Positions 1 through 13,264 are shown, counted from the first letter of the whole stretch. The stretch: DNA of 59,907 bases, filler included, from Circinaria calcarea (GCA_051942165.1; 9 parts of 9 records of this genome joined end to end with filler, not necessarily neighbours in it), one strand, 5' to 3'. Numbers and translations are program-made. Notes: generated by a model from the letters alone, not told the origin.

Positions 1-852
1 ATTCCGGCCATAATAGTCGTAACTGAAACACGCCGAAAGGCCAACCTGAGATGAGTTAGAGGCTTTGAACCGACCACTACCAAGTGGGCCGACCGTCCAG
101 CCGGTGGATTTGTTGGAGTTGATTACTTCCTGCAAGTAATCGTCCTGGTCAACGTAGAGAACACGCCACTGACAATGGTGATTAGTCCACATAGATTAAC
201 TAGGGAAGCGGGACTCATGCGTACAATTAGCTCTCCATTTATTGCATATGCTACCGCCATCAAAGGACTCCCATCCCTAGCATCGGACGTTACCACAGCA
301 TCATTAGCTATACTCCAAATGCCGTTCCGATAGACATCTTGTCGTATAATGCCCGACCGGTCTTGATGGTAGGAAGTGATCAAGGGTGTATTTTCGCCAA
401 GGTCGATGGCGACGACACCACTGCCCTTTTGTGCACCACCTCTAAGTATCAATTATGTCAGTCATGTACACAGAACGATACTAATCGCTAACATACTTAG
501 GTTTATCTAGTCCAAAATGCAACCCTAGGCCTAGGCCTAGCGCAGTAACCAAAATCATCACAAATAAAAGTCCGAAGAAAGGATACGGAGCCAAGCCGCA
601 ACACCTGGGCCTGCCGGACTTCCTTCCGGCATCCCCGACGTCCGGCGAGAATCCATCCGAAAGTGATTGCGGACGTACAGCCCCAACTACCGGTTGGGCG
701 CTCGTTGAGCCACATGCCTCAGGGTCTGATTCATATTTATGTTTAGATTCAACAGTACACTTGGGGTTAGAGTTTTCTTGAGCCCGCGCCCGCGACGGCG
801 AGGGGAATGCAGAGCATCTATCGTAATCGTGAGTACCTAGAACCCCGGGCAT
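1..852 (-). CDS. Single-pass membrane protein with a fungal fucose-specific-lectin-like beta-propeller ectodomain (3'-partial, 2 introns)
   Basis: Exon 1 (852-~498) ends in a hydrophobic helix, FFGLLFVMILVTALGLGLGLHFGL. Exon 2 has GSGVVAIDLG...ITSYHQDRSGIIRQ...ARDGSPLMAVAY. After a GTACGC..CAG intron (~224-170), exon 3 reads WRVLYVDQDDYLQEVINSNKSTGWTVGPLG. These are repeating propeller-blade motifs. Confidence 0.6.
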
Positions 853-2763
853 ATCTGGATACAGATAGCCTTGGCGCCTTGGATGCGAGCACAGCCTCGA
901 AGCTAGTTGGTCGGAGGTCTAATCAGAGGAAGCGAATGTCCTGTGGTAGAGCGAAAACGCGTTGTCATCCCTAAGGTAATATCAAAAAGAGATTAGAAAC
1001 GCTGCGTGGGAGCAGCAGGCAGTGAGTCGTAAAAGTCTTGGACTTATGACTTGGGAATTAGGCAACATATATAACCCGCCATCAGGTACCATTGTGTAAG
1101 CAAGGCATGATGGCGGAAATGGCAAAATTGTATTGGACGCCTGACGCCTGCAAACCACCACGTGTATTGCTCCCAAGCTGTTTGCCTTACGGCTCTACCA
1201 AGAACAAGTGACTATGCCGCCTCCTAGCAGAACATAGTGGGACACAGCCTCGATAGACTGTAGTCACAACCGTTGTCGGTTACAACGCCAAGCGAGGGCG
1301 TTTCGTATCTTTGCAGAAGCATGACGTCTGGACCTAGGTCTTGCGGCACCTAGAATCATTCGGAGGGTAAAGCCAGAAGCTGGTTTGATACGATACCACC
1401 ATAGGACCTTCGGGTGTGAAAGTAAAGTACGCTTTTGAAATAATCATGGGGTATATTAAAGTGAATGCATTTCCTACGGTAATCTGGAGTAACGGTCATG
1501 TCTGAGGCAGGGAACTCTCGTTTTCGGCCCCCTTTGAACTGATGTCCGTTGACCAAGGTAAGACTACTTAGCGTTCCGCACTACCATTCCAGTGCGGCAT
1601 TACACTGCTCTACGCTACACTATTGAAGGCCTCACTTCTTAATCCCGTTTCTCCCTATGGAAGAAGAATCCCCTGTGGCGTAAAATCAGCTGTGTCAAAT
1701 AGAGAGCCAAGTATACCGTATGCTATGCAGAAGTTCTGTACTGCCCATATTAGTACTAGCGTGGGTTGCAGAGTTTTCTCCTTGGCTTCGCACTTTGCGA
1801 ACTATACATCTTGCATATATGTTACACAATATATCGACTATTGCATACACAATGAATACCGTTTTAATGCATTGCTTAACTCCCTCCCTGCCATACCTTT
1901 AACAAACTGTGGTTTATTATATCAGCTACCTTCATTGCCCAATTCTCTCGGCACCGCTTATAATTGATTCCATCTGCGGGGAGAATTCCAAAAAAAAATC
2001 TACTTCAAAGGAAAAAACAAACGGAAAAGTACTATAACCCTTCTGCGGAGTTGCCCGACAACAGCGGATTTCCAACCACACTCGGCTTATGGAGGGTTCT
2101 CTCCGTTAGGGTTTCTTACTCCCCAAGGAGAGCGTCTAGGATGCGTAAACGGTACTCAGTGCCAACCGAAAGAATATTCTCCTGCATAGAACACAGCCTA
2201 GGAATTCCCGTGTCCTATAACCTACTAGACCGATTCCCAAATTGAACGTTTAATCAAGCACTGGGGCCACTCTCCCGGGGAGGCGGTTAACGAGAAAAGT
2301 GGGGTTTGCATTTCGAGCATGGAGATGTTATTTCGATTCTTCTAATGAAAGAAGAGGAAACATGCTCTTTGTCCGCGCTTTACGTTTTGCGCCTGCTGGG
2401 AAGCCGTGCTCGGTGGCTCCGGGAGGAAATGGGAATCGTGTCTGTGTAGGATTTGTTGTGCCCCTTTGGGCCGTAGGGTATTAGGGGTAATAGCTATCGG
2501 TCCTCCCTATGGACGTAGTGGCAGTGTTGTGCCACAGTGTCGCTGATGCCCGTTGAAGGTCGTATCGGCTTCAATATGGATCAGCTTTTTCTGTACATGT
2601 AGTGCTCTTTCAGTATAGATTTTAACATCACTCAGACTGCTCGAGTCATAGAGTCCGGAGGATTTGAAAGCAATACAGATTGCTTAACATTAAAAATGCT
2701 ATTATTACATAATGACCGCCACGGGAGCAACTGCTCAGGGGTTTAGGTATTTTCCGCTGGGAA

Positions 2764-4301
2764 CTAGAACCGATGCACACGCGCTGTTCTCTGGATACTC
2801 TCGTCCAGCCATGCCCTCTCCAAATCTGCCGGCGTGCTCACTTCCCGGTGTTCTGCAAAGCTCCCCGGATTTTCCGGAGCACGAGTCTCCCCCAGGTTGC
2901 CAGGTTTAGGCCCGACTCCGAATCCGTAACCTTGCTCGTGCAGCTCGACGTAATTCCCTTTCCGGAATGGAGCTTTATCCTGGGTTGGCCGCGAGACCAT
3001 GGGTCCGGAAGTGCCTGACTGACCCGAAGACGAAGCGCTTTGAGACCGGCCCCGAAGGCTGGCGTAGCGGGCCTGGATTTCGGGAGCGTACTCTTTGAAG
3101 AGACGGGGAAGGACGGGAAGGTTGGCGCAGAGGATTCCGCTAGCGACTTCACCCAATCTAGGTACCGTTAGCATGAGGAAGCGGGAATGATTGTGATGGA
3201 AGCCACGAGTGATACCCACGTTGAAAGAGCTACGGAGCTTAGGGTGTATGTATCATCACGACTGTCAATATATCTGATGCTCCAGACGAGTCGGAGAATT
3301 GTCATTGCGCAAGCGCTATAGATTCAGCCATCTCCGGTTTGATCCATCAAGGTCGAAGGTAGGTTCTAGGAGTGGAGGGTAGAAACTTACAAGGTACCTA
3401 CAGCAAAGACCGCTGATATTCTCAATTTCCGACTCGTGGACATCTGTAGGCGCCAGATCCAAGCCATGGGCAATACTAACATTAAGAAATCCGATATCAC
3501 ATTGAATATCGCAGTGGCCAAGTTGACAGCTCGATAATTGACACATGTTCCTGGAACAAAAGGGTTCCAGATTCTTGCCCTCGGTGTGCATTGAAAAATG
3601 GACAGTAAGCCGGCTGCCGTAAAGTATAAGAGATTAATCCAGATTATAAGCTGAATCATGTAATAAGTTTTACCCCTGTGGGTGGGGATAAAGATGCGGA
3701 TAAATTGGAGTAATATGGAAAGTTTCGTGAGGAAGATAAGGGGTGGATATGTGATTTCTATTATATTCCCAAGCTGTGCGGAGACGTTAGTCAGTTCTAG
3801 TATAGCAGCTGAGTGAGACACTGCAGTATAACGAACCTGTGCAAATCGTATCACATGCTGGATTGGTACGTTCCATTGATGAATAGCCGTGCCGTATGGC
3901 AAGGTTAAGAAGGGTACTGTCGAATAAGCTATGAATCCCAACTGAGAAGGATCCAATCAGCTGGCTGAGCTTTTGGTATAGGACTATGCAAATATTTAAG
4001 AGAAAGTTCAGGCCATACCCAAGCCAAGTAGAGTGTGTCTAATAGGCGTGAGCATAACGATTGAGTCATAAAACGCTTTCAGGGCACACTCACAGTCATC
4101 CCACCCGTGAGACTTGATGATGAAAATCTTGGTGTAGAGTCGTAGAGCTGTCGTTATTGTTGTAAGGCATAACATTACCACTAGCGCAATGACGAATGTA
4201 GTTTGGAGAGAATGAGGGTTGACGAAGTTTGGGGTAACTCCAGGTGGAGGTGGTAAGCCTCCCACAATTCGGGATGATGGAGAGCTGAGTGGATCGCTCA
4301 T
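2764..4301 (-). CDS. PTH11-like (fungal rhodopsin-domain) multi-pass integral membrane protein, no CFEM domain; about 6 exons
   Basis: N-terminus PPPPGVTPNFVNP, LRLYTK..HGWDD, G.A.HQWNVP, TKLSILLQFIRIF, FQCTPRARIWNP...GTC, FNVISDFLMLVLPMAWIWRLQMS..KL, and EVASGILCANLPVLP. Canonical GT-AG introns link the ORF pieces. Confidence 0.85.
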
Positions 4302-5777
4302 AGTGCTGAGTCCAAGTCTAGCTGATGCTCCGGTTTGAAGAGAGTGCAGTTTGAGTGATTCGGAAGGTGTTTTCCCAATAGCTCTGAAAACTAAGAGATG
4401 GGCAACGTGAGTTTGTATGATATTAGCATTATGACAAGTTCCATGCCGCAGCTCCGCAGTATACTGCGGTATGTACTGACCGCATTAAGAAGACCATGGA
4501 TAGGCAACTCAGGAAACTCTTTACCTCAATCGTTTAAGACCACCTGCAATCGATGATCACCGCCATTTTGTTCTAGCAAGGGATGTTCCATCCCGCTGAA
4601 GAAGCCACAGCCAAGGCGTTTCGCTTATAGAATTGGCGTAAAGGCCATGTTGAATCTGTCGAGATTCAATAAGTGTACAGATTGAAATTCGAACCGACAG
4701 AGCACGAGGTGAGAGGCGTGATACCGAGCTTGGTTGATCTGCAGGGTGTGGCAGCCCACATGTTGATAATGCAACGTTGTGTGAGGTTCTTTCTTACGAG
4801 CTGACAGTTATCTGGACCGCTTTTATATGACCCCTGGATTTCATGCATCCACTTCAAGCTATACCAAGATATGTAGATGAACGGTACATATGCCGTGATA
4901 GTGACATGCACTGCGATGATGATGCAAAGCGAAATCTTAACTTGCATGCATGCAGGGCAGTCTGCTCTGTCGGTTCATATGAACCCAAATGGCCATTCCA
5001 AATCACCTCTCCTAATTGTACGCCACGCAAGAGCATAACCTCGTAAGGCCCTTTTTTTTTAAGCGCCAAAGTAGAATACGCTGCGGTGAAATAGGAGGGC
5101 TCTAAGTAGATTCAATCGTATGTGATTAACATGCCAATACGGGGAGTTGGGGAAGCTCAAGACAGCTTTGTTGTCATACTTTTGAATAGACTGGGTTAAG
5201 TGTCTCTTCGCCTCATAGGCGCAGAGAATGGTATAAGCGGTAAGGATTTTTAGAGAGTACTCAAATCAAGTTCGCTGTGTGGCTGCACCAGGGGCGCTTG
5301 AAACAATTGTACAGGTGGGGAATAAGGGGGGAATGATAGCCTGATATGCTGGAGGGTAGCAGTCGCAAAGCGTGTTATGTATGTAGAACGCAGCCCTTGC
5401 CGTATACTGGCATGGATGCGTTCTGCTAGTTTTATCGAGATGCGTGGAGTAGTAAATAATCCTTGCTGATCATCAACGTAAAGGTCGAGATGGTTGGTGT
5501 TTTCGTTATAAGGCAGATTATCTGGTGAAGTACAATGTACTGCTTATTCTATCTAAACGGCGCAAATCGAGGGAGTAACAGAATGCGCAAGCAACCGGCA
5601 AAATCCGTCTTAGATCTCGCGCATCTATCACGAATGCTAAGGAAAAAGGAATTAGGAATACCTGTCCCTCATCTTGAACCTTGCGGCAGAAGAGTCTACC
5701 TCATAATCGGATTGGGAGGGGACCCAGCAGCCTTACCAAAACATGGATGATCTCCAAGCGCAATCTGCTTGAGAAAT

Positions 5778-6583
5778 ATGCCTGACACTCGGAAAACCGT
5801 GCTGATAACGGGGTGAGTCTTTGCCGCCACTTGGCTACGAAACTAATCGCCCATGGAACTTATAGTTGCAGCCCTGGCGGCATTGGCAATGCACTGGCAC
5901 GCGCGTTCCACTCAAGTGGCCTGCGGGTCTTTGCCACAGCACGGTAACTCAGATCTTGACACCACCAGGGACCCACCCTACTTACCAATTTACCTATCAG
6001 GAAGACGGAGGCAGTATCCGATTTGAGTGAATTGGGCATTGAGACATTAAGTCTCGAGGTTACCCAACCGGAGAGTGTGGACGGATGCAGAAAAGAAATT
6101 GAAAGGCTAATTGGTGGGGTTGAAGGGAGAGGGTTGGATTATCTGGTCAACAATGCCGGGAGGAGTACGTGTTTCCTGAGGGTCGACAGCCTGCGAACGC
6201 TCTCTATCGATCAGTGGAGGCGAGAAGTAAATTAAAGCTGATTGGACTTGCTGAGATTAGATTATACCGTCCCCGCTCTTGACGTCGACCTCTCCGAAGT
6301 GCGAGCGGTCTTTGAGACCAACTTGTTCGCTGTTATCCGTCTCTGTACCGCCTTCTTCCCACTACTTCTCCGCTCCAAAGGCACAATCGTACAGATCGGC
6401 TCTCTCGCCGCCACAATCCCTTACGTTTGGGGCTCCGTCTACAATGCCTCCAAGGCGGCTCTACATTCCTACAGCCAAACTCTCCGCGTCGAGCTTGCCC
6501 CTTTTGGGGTAAAGGTCATTACAGTCGTTACAGGAGGAGTAAAAAGCAATATTGCAAGGACGCATAGGAATCTCCCTGAAGAT
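5778..6583 (+). CDS. AYR1: Short-chain dehydrogenase/reductase, 1-acyl-DHAP reductase AYR1-like (3'-partial)
   Basis: Spliced N-terminus MPDTRKTVLITG|CSPGGIGNALARAFH..GLRVFATAR, followed by LDYLVNNAG, the catalytic YNASK, and LRVELAPFGVKVITVVTGGVKSNI. Confidence 0.8.
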
Positions 6584-6683
6584 NNNNNNNNNNNNNNNNN
6601 NNNNNNNNNNNNNNNNNNNNNNNNNNNTTAATTAATTAANNNNNNNNNNNNNNNNNNNNNNNNNNNNNNNNNNNNNNNNNNNN
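6584..6683. other. Artificial contig spacer (N44-TTAATTAATTAA-N44)
   Basis: Identical 100-nt linker with stops in all six frames; occurs 8 times in the window. Confidence 0.99.
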
Positions 6684-7147
6684 GCCTTCCTCTGGATGTG
6701 ACTGTAAAGTTCATGGTGACTCGGTTGAAGCTGCATGGAGGCGGTATGTAGTCGCCTATTCAATCAAGATATCAGCCCGAAATTTTCCGTAGTCTCAAGG
6801 AAATATCACGCCATACCAACGAAAGGAGCTCCATACGAGAAAGCAAAGTCGTGAACCATGCTATTATCATGATAAGCTAAACATGGTTTTGATGAAGTAT
6901 ACAGTACTGTTCTCGGGGCTCACAGGGTTTTGGTATATATACAACCATACTGGTTGCTCGTCCCCGAAGGAGTCAAGACAGGCTCATAGACCTGAAAGTC
7001 ATTGAGTAGCTCTGTTGGGGCAGTCTGGCGCTTGGATAAGGAATTGTCAGGATTTCGGCGCGCCAGTACACTCTGTACTGCAGAAGTTGCAAAGACGCAC
7101 AGAAGAAGCAACGAGAGGAAGTTGATGGGCAGCCGCAGGTTGGCCAT
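6684..7147 (-). CDS. Secreted peptide-N4-(N-acetyl-beta-glucosaminyl)asparagine amidase A (PNGase A family), 5' part only
   Basis: Signal peptide MANLRLPINFLSLLLLCVFATSA, then FQVYEPVL...GC, and spliced MVHDFAFSYGAPFVG and YIPPPCSFNRVTMNFTVTSRGR. This is the typical PNGase A N-terminus; the gene is cut by the contig end. Confidence 0.8.
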
Positions 7148-8381
7148 GATATGTTGCACAGACTATGAGCAACCTCAGCGATTAGGTGCTCTGACTCGTG
7201 CCGGTGGACGAAAACGAGCTCCTAGAAGCAGCGACGTACTCGAAGACAAGCTGAACAGAAGATAATGTACGGAGGACATCATCGCGCCTATACGTCGGAT
7301 TCGACAATTGGTATGTTGCTTGCTGAGGAACATGATCTCTCGTTGTGCAGATTGGCTAACTGTGTGCAGCAGGTCAACGCATTCGGGGATCGTCGTTGGT
7401 GCCTTAGCTCGAGCGGAAGAACGGGGCGTCGATAACGGCCCGCCCCCGAGGCGATTAGCGTTTGAACAGCCTGCGCTTGGAGAGCAGCAAACCAACAGTA
7501 ACAAAGTAACAACAGGTACTGTGACTGAAGCCTCTAAAGTTCTGATCAAAGTCGAAGTTTGGCTGGCGTGGCTGTTAATCTGCCGAGAACTCCCTAAAAA
7601 TATAGGGCTGAAGGATGCAATTCGGATCTGGCTAAATCTCAGGGGTTATTTCGTTAAAAACAAGATTTCGTTATTTCAAATAAGGCTGAAGGTATAAAGG
7701 TGTGTAGCGGGATAGTAATCAGATACTTCGTGCACAATCTTATATGCATATACTCTTTTATGCATTGGCATTTTATAAATAATCACGTGTATCCACACAA
7801 ATATGCCTTATGCTAAGTTTTACACACGCTTATGCATTTTGTCTAATAACGAATGTCCACAAAGATACTCGGAATAATTAACGAAATTCGAAGTAATCAG
7901 CATTTCGTTATTTTACATACTAAACTTATGAAATCCAAAAAGAATTTCGCAAAAGGCAGTATTTCGAGTTCGTGATAGCGAGATCTTACTGTATCTAGGC
8001 AGCAGTATGGTAAACGCGCGGTTTCCTCTTCTCGTGCCCGTCTTACTCTAGGACCGCTGTTACAATATAGGTAGGCTGGCGGTGCCATTGGTTTCAGAGT
8101 TAACTTCCTGCTGCTTCCAAGTGTTTCTCCGTATTCGTGTCCACTGTGTATACCACTTGTAGTGCAACGGCTCTGGTGCTTTGCTCGGTCACTCGTCCGA
8201 CCGCTCATATCATCAGATGTATTGGCAATAGAAGTCTTACCTGTTATCAATTGCACGAGCTAGCTGCGCGTTATTGCATTGGGAGCTTCTCTCTCCAGTC
8301 ATCCGTCATCCGACATCCGTCATCCAGTTCAAAGTCGTCCCAATTTCTCTCTTCCCAGACTTCTATCAAACTCGCCTCACC

Positions 8382-9515
8382 ATGTCCCCTTCTCTCACTC
8401 CCGGTAACATTCCGACCGCCATGAAAGCCCGGGTCTCTACAGCACGCGGGCCCCCCTCCAAGGTCCTGACTCTCTCCTCCATCCCCGCCCCACCCACCAC
8501 TCTTGCTCCTACCTTCGTCCTCGTTAAGATCTCACATGCAGCGCTCAGCCCCGGCGAGATCACAATTATGAAGATCCTTCCTCGATTCGCTCGCGGATTA
8601 CCATCCATCATCGCGCTCGACCTAACCGGTACCATCGTCGCGGTGGGGGCTTCAGTCCGGCCAGAGCTCCATCCTGGCGTGGCTGTCTTCGGCATCGTTC
8701 CAAAAAAGCTTATACTAGCTGGTGTGGGATCGTTGGCGGAATATGTCGCTCTCCCAGCGGATTGTGTAGTGGTGAAGCCGGAGCATGTCAGCTGGGAAGA
8801 GGCAGCGGGCCTGGCGGGTTGTGGGGTCACCGCCGTGGAGTACCTCAATTGGAGCGGATATCGCTCTGGTGATAGAGTCTTGGTGAATGGAGCTACTGGT
8901 GGGATAGGGGTGATGGTCGTACAGATAGCGAGGAATGCGGTAGGAAGTGAAGGCAAAGTGATAGCGACATGCTCAGCGGAAAGTGCGGATATGGTGAAAG
9001 GGTTAGGCGCTGATGAGACCTTGGACTATCGTTCCATTGGTCCATTGTACCAGTACCTGGAAAAGACTTACTCCGACCAGCCTTTCGACGGCATTATTGA
9101 TAACGTGGGCTGCCAGGATTTATACAACCACTCACCCAGCTATCTGAAAGAGGGACAGCACTACATGTGCATCGGGGTGAGATTCGGTAAGAACGGTCTG
9201 GGGGATGCCATACGTATAGCTTGGCGAATGGCACAGAACCTCCTCTGGCCAAGGATCCTGGGCGGTACGCCGCGGAAGTTTTGTCTTCAGCCTACCAACG
9301 GGAGTGTGGCGACTTTAGAGCAACTGAGACGGTTGGTGGAGGACGGTAAGGTGAGGGGAGTGGTGGATTCGGTGTGGGAGATGGAAGATGTGGTAAAGGT
9401 ATGTCTTTGAAACGCGTGTCTCGGAACTTCTTTTTCTGACTTATTGTAGGCGTACGAGCGCCTAGAATCCGGGAGAGCCAAGGGGAAAGTCGTGATTAAA
9501 ATCCAAGACCTATAA
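8382..9515 (+). CDS. Medium-chain dehydrogenase/reductase (quinone oxidoreductase / RTN4IP1-YIM1-like), 1 intron (9399-9449)
   Basis: GSLAEYV, SWEEAAGL, the Rossmann motif RVLVNGATGGIG, and FDGIIDNVG. The last exon reads AYERLESGRAKGKVVIKIQDL*. Confidence 0.88.
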
Positions 9516-9749
9516 ACCCCCCAACCCCCCCTGGCAGTCCCGGAACCGAGGCGATCAAAAGCACGACGAGTTCCCTTAGAATGCTAACTATATATTTTCG
9601 ACCATTGTTCACCACAAATACCCACAGCCGATTAACTCTTCTCAATTCACGTATGCCAAAATCTTAAATCCTTGATACTTATACCCAGATAATAACAGAA
9701 TTCCACTCTCAATTCTCTGCCCGTACCAGACGCCTTTTCCTTTAGCACC

Positions 9750-12700
9750 TCTCTGAAACTCCCTATCTAGCGCCAAATCTCCTATACCGGGTCCTTCCCC
9801 GGGCAATTTCTAACGTTTCGACCTCTCAGCCGGGCAGCTCTACCGGCGCTGACTCCTCGAGCAACATGTGCGGGTCCGCGTCATCAATGGGTTGTCGGCT
9901 TCCATCGGATATATTTCCGCGCTTAATTCCGACTTTCCAATCTTATCAGGTTAACATGTCCATAAACTGTGACAAGTAATTGCCGAGTTCTCCGTCCTCG
10001 GCCTCCAGAATATTATAATCCCATCTAGATATGTTATTAGCGAGAACGATTCCTAAGCCAGCTCCGAAGCCGGTTTTCGGATTTTGATTCTTCGATCCAG
10101 ATCCTGACCCTTCTGTTGGGGACCCAACCTTTTCGACGAGCAGTATTGAAAAACGGCATGCCAAAATCTCCCCTAACCCACTGCTTACGAATCCCCCGTT
10201 TTCTTTTGCAATCCGCAATGTGCCTTCCTGGGTTTTGCTCGACTCATTCTGCAGCAAGAATTATTACGCTATAGCGTACTGAAAACGGGCTCGGAGAACT
10301 TTTCCCAAAGGCCAGTGATATCAGATCGATCTAAACACATAGGGACTCAAAGTGACGTTGCATTGCATCCCCTATATCCCATCGGCAAATTACCAGTTCC
10401 ATTAATGCGGGAATGCCAATACTGTATTTCGTTCACAAGCTTATATTCAGCCGGATTCCTAATGGTTTTTATTCTCCACATATCTCTCGACGGAAAGTTC
10501 GGTGCAAGAGGATCCTCGTCCTTTGCCCTTCACTGGCCATATTTAAAGGTCTGGATAAGCCTCTTTTTTCCCCCTTCAAAAATCAATTGAGTTGGATCTG
10601 ATGTTGTTGTTAATTTCTGTGCTCTTCATCATTGCCCTATCTGATAATCGGTCAGCCACATCCCACAGGTAGGATTTTTATGCCGGTTATTAACTCCATT
10701 TTTATAGTGGTAGCACGGCGGATCCATGTTATGAGCTGTGACCCATTCCATATAACAATAACCCATCCCCCATCCCCTATAACAGCGATATTCCATTCTC
10801 TCATTACCCCCCTCCAACACCATCACCTTTTCGCAGCGAACCCATAACCGTCGTTTATTAGTACAGCATTCTCTATTCTTCCGACGTCTTCCATAAACAG
10901 GCACAAATCTGCCATTGTGTTTCTCAGATCAGATCAGATCAAACCAAGCCATCATCGCAACTCCAATGGACTTCTCCTGCCGTACGCAGCAAAAAGGATA
11001 TATTTATGCCACCTTGTTCTTCTTCTCGGCCGTTTGAGTTTCCTAACCTTCCTTCTCACAGTCCTTCCCCCCAAAAAACTTGGCGGCCACCCCGGTCGGA
11101 TAGTGAACTTGCTGGCGTACCCCTAATTTGATTCTGCTATCGCGAGGTGGGGCTAAAAATGCTTTTTGCCCAGTCCTTGGGCCTTCTAAGCAATCTTGCC
11201 TGGAATAGCCGTTTTGCGTTTCGAGAACTTGCAAGTGACCAATAGAACGCTGTCTTTCCTGTTCGTGGCTACTGTCCCGGTATGGCCATGGCTTCGTCTA
11301 GCTTTGCGCCACTGGCACGAGCGTACAGCGTATATAGCTAGTCTTTAGGCATTAGAATAGCTCAAACTTTTCACAGTTTTCACATAGTAGCAGTACACTG
11401 ACAACTGGTAGCAATCCAAAGGGCTTTCGGTATATGAAGCACTGTGGAGGCATCATGGCGCCTCCAGGGCCTGTATTTGTATGAGTTGGGATAGGAGCTG
11501 TAGTTTTGAGGACAGGAACTGCAGTCGTAAAGACAGGAGCTGCCGTCATAAGGATAGGAACTGGAATCGTATCGGTGAGGATTCGAAGATGTGGTGGTAA
11601 GGAAGTACCCGTAGGTATTATGGTATTTCCGGGTACCTAAGCTGGAGTCTCTGTTTCCTGCTGATTTCTTCTTACCCACTGGGGGTAGATGTCGGGGTAT
11701 TCTGTTCATGGGCAACGCAACATAGTATCGCTCTGTAGTCTCTCGGTATCGCTTGTAATGACCCTGCTTCTTGATGCGTAACTTTTCATGTTCTTTCTCT
11801 GTGCCATGAAGCAGTGGTCGGTTGTGGGCGGGGCGTGGACTCATGGTCGGTGGTGGTATTTCCCGTGGTCTCAACGACATGTAGTAGTGATGCATATGCA
11901 GGGAGAAAGCTCTTGAACATTACCGAATCAGGCAGGTTCATTTGGGGTTTCTCTTTCGAAATGAGAATGAAGCGTTGCTTCTACAGATACGCTCATGCAT
12001 AAAACATGCTTTCTGTGCTCCGCCGATTCTTTTATATATTAACAGCTATTCAAAGTGTATTTTGGATCAGACGAAAAAATATGGCACACCCATTTCGATG
12101 TCGACTCCTTCTTTTCCCTCGAAAGGATTTTGAACGTATATAAAATTTAGCCCAGAATCGTCTCACAGCTGTAATACCTTCTTACCAGTAAGTGATTCAA
12201 CGTTTTCTGTTATGTTATAAACTAATTCATTGTCGTCCATGGTAGAGGATGGTCTGGTTCAGAGATCAATTCATCGTCGCTATCGAGGATTATGTCCGCC
12301 GACGACGGAACCCTCATCTAGATCAAAATTCTGAGATACCAGCCTGAATGTTAAAGGCTGGTTCCCGCCACCAGGGGAGAGGGAAAGTTGCTTATCGATG
12401 TGCTAGATGTGTTGTTTGACAATTGGTTGCTGCCACCAGGACCACCACGATCGGAAGTGCATCCTGTATCTCCATGATTAGATCCCAAGTCACGAAGACG
12501 AACTCTCTAAGCAGCCGAACGCATCATAGCTAACGAATCAAGACAACCGCACGTCAAACTGGGAAATGATTTACTTCAACAATTACAAGATCATCCCCAA
12601 CGCCTCATATATATCATAAACAGCGCGCAGTCATACTTCGTGGTGGTACATGTAACCGATAAAATAGAACTCAGATGCGTAGAAATACGATCAGCGTGCT

Positions 12701-12900
12701 ACTAATGCCAAACCTTATTCCGAATGGCCTTCCGAAAAAGCGCCTACAACGCAAGCTCCGACTTGCCGATATATGCTATCTTTCTGTTTTTTTTGGGGGG
12801 GGGGCGGGGCAGGTCCCGCTCTACAAAATCTCTTTTTTGCGCCATCAAAAGAAGCACTGTAGAGCATTAGGACGCTATTAGGGAGAGCCACAGCCATTAT
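9750..12900 (-). pseudogene. Long decayed reading frame containing a PHD-finger-like segment; probably transposon-associated
   Basis: ORF pieces 11352-11549, 11043-11234 and 10629-10904 share one minus frame broken only by scattered TAA/TAG/TGA stops. Pieces 12715-12942 and 11380-11895 share a second frame. The Cys/His pattern CFIY..LLLCENC..CLKTSYIRC..WPY lies at ~11270-11445. Confidence 0.5.
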
Positions 12901-13264
12901 AGAAGAGCAAAGAGGGCAAGGATTCAGAAAAGGAAACAACAACGACGAGGGAGGGGAAATGAAGAAGAAAGGAAGGAAAGGAGGAGCGGGATTGTTGTAC
13001 TTTTAAAGCTGTCACGCCTTGGGGGTCTTCATCTATAGTGCAGATGAAACGAAAAAGCAATGTCAGAGTCGAGAAAGATGTTCCGCACTCAACCGTGCAT
13101 TGCAACTATCCTACTATGTAACGAACCTCGCCAAGAAAAGTATGCACTGGAGCCGTAGCCACCCGAAAGCCCATCTCACACAATAACAGAAATCCCTTAA
13201 ACGACCGATCTCTCGGTAATACTATGGTCGAGCTTTTCCGTCGGGGGTGTGACATCACGTCCCG

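Noticed and set aside
1540..2300. TpA-rich stretch with short ORFs and loose GCGGA/GAATTCC motifs as a possible transposon relic
   Set aside because: No termini, target-site duplication or protein motif could be defined.
8366..8956. Long antisense ORFs (also 48932-49525, 52161-52619, 41442-42107, 56481-57026)
   Set aside because: These are shadow frames of GC-rich coding regions on the opposite strand.
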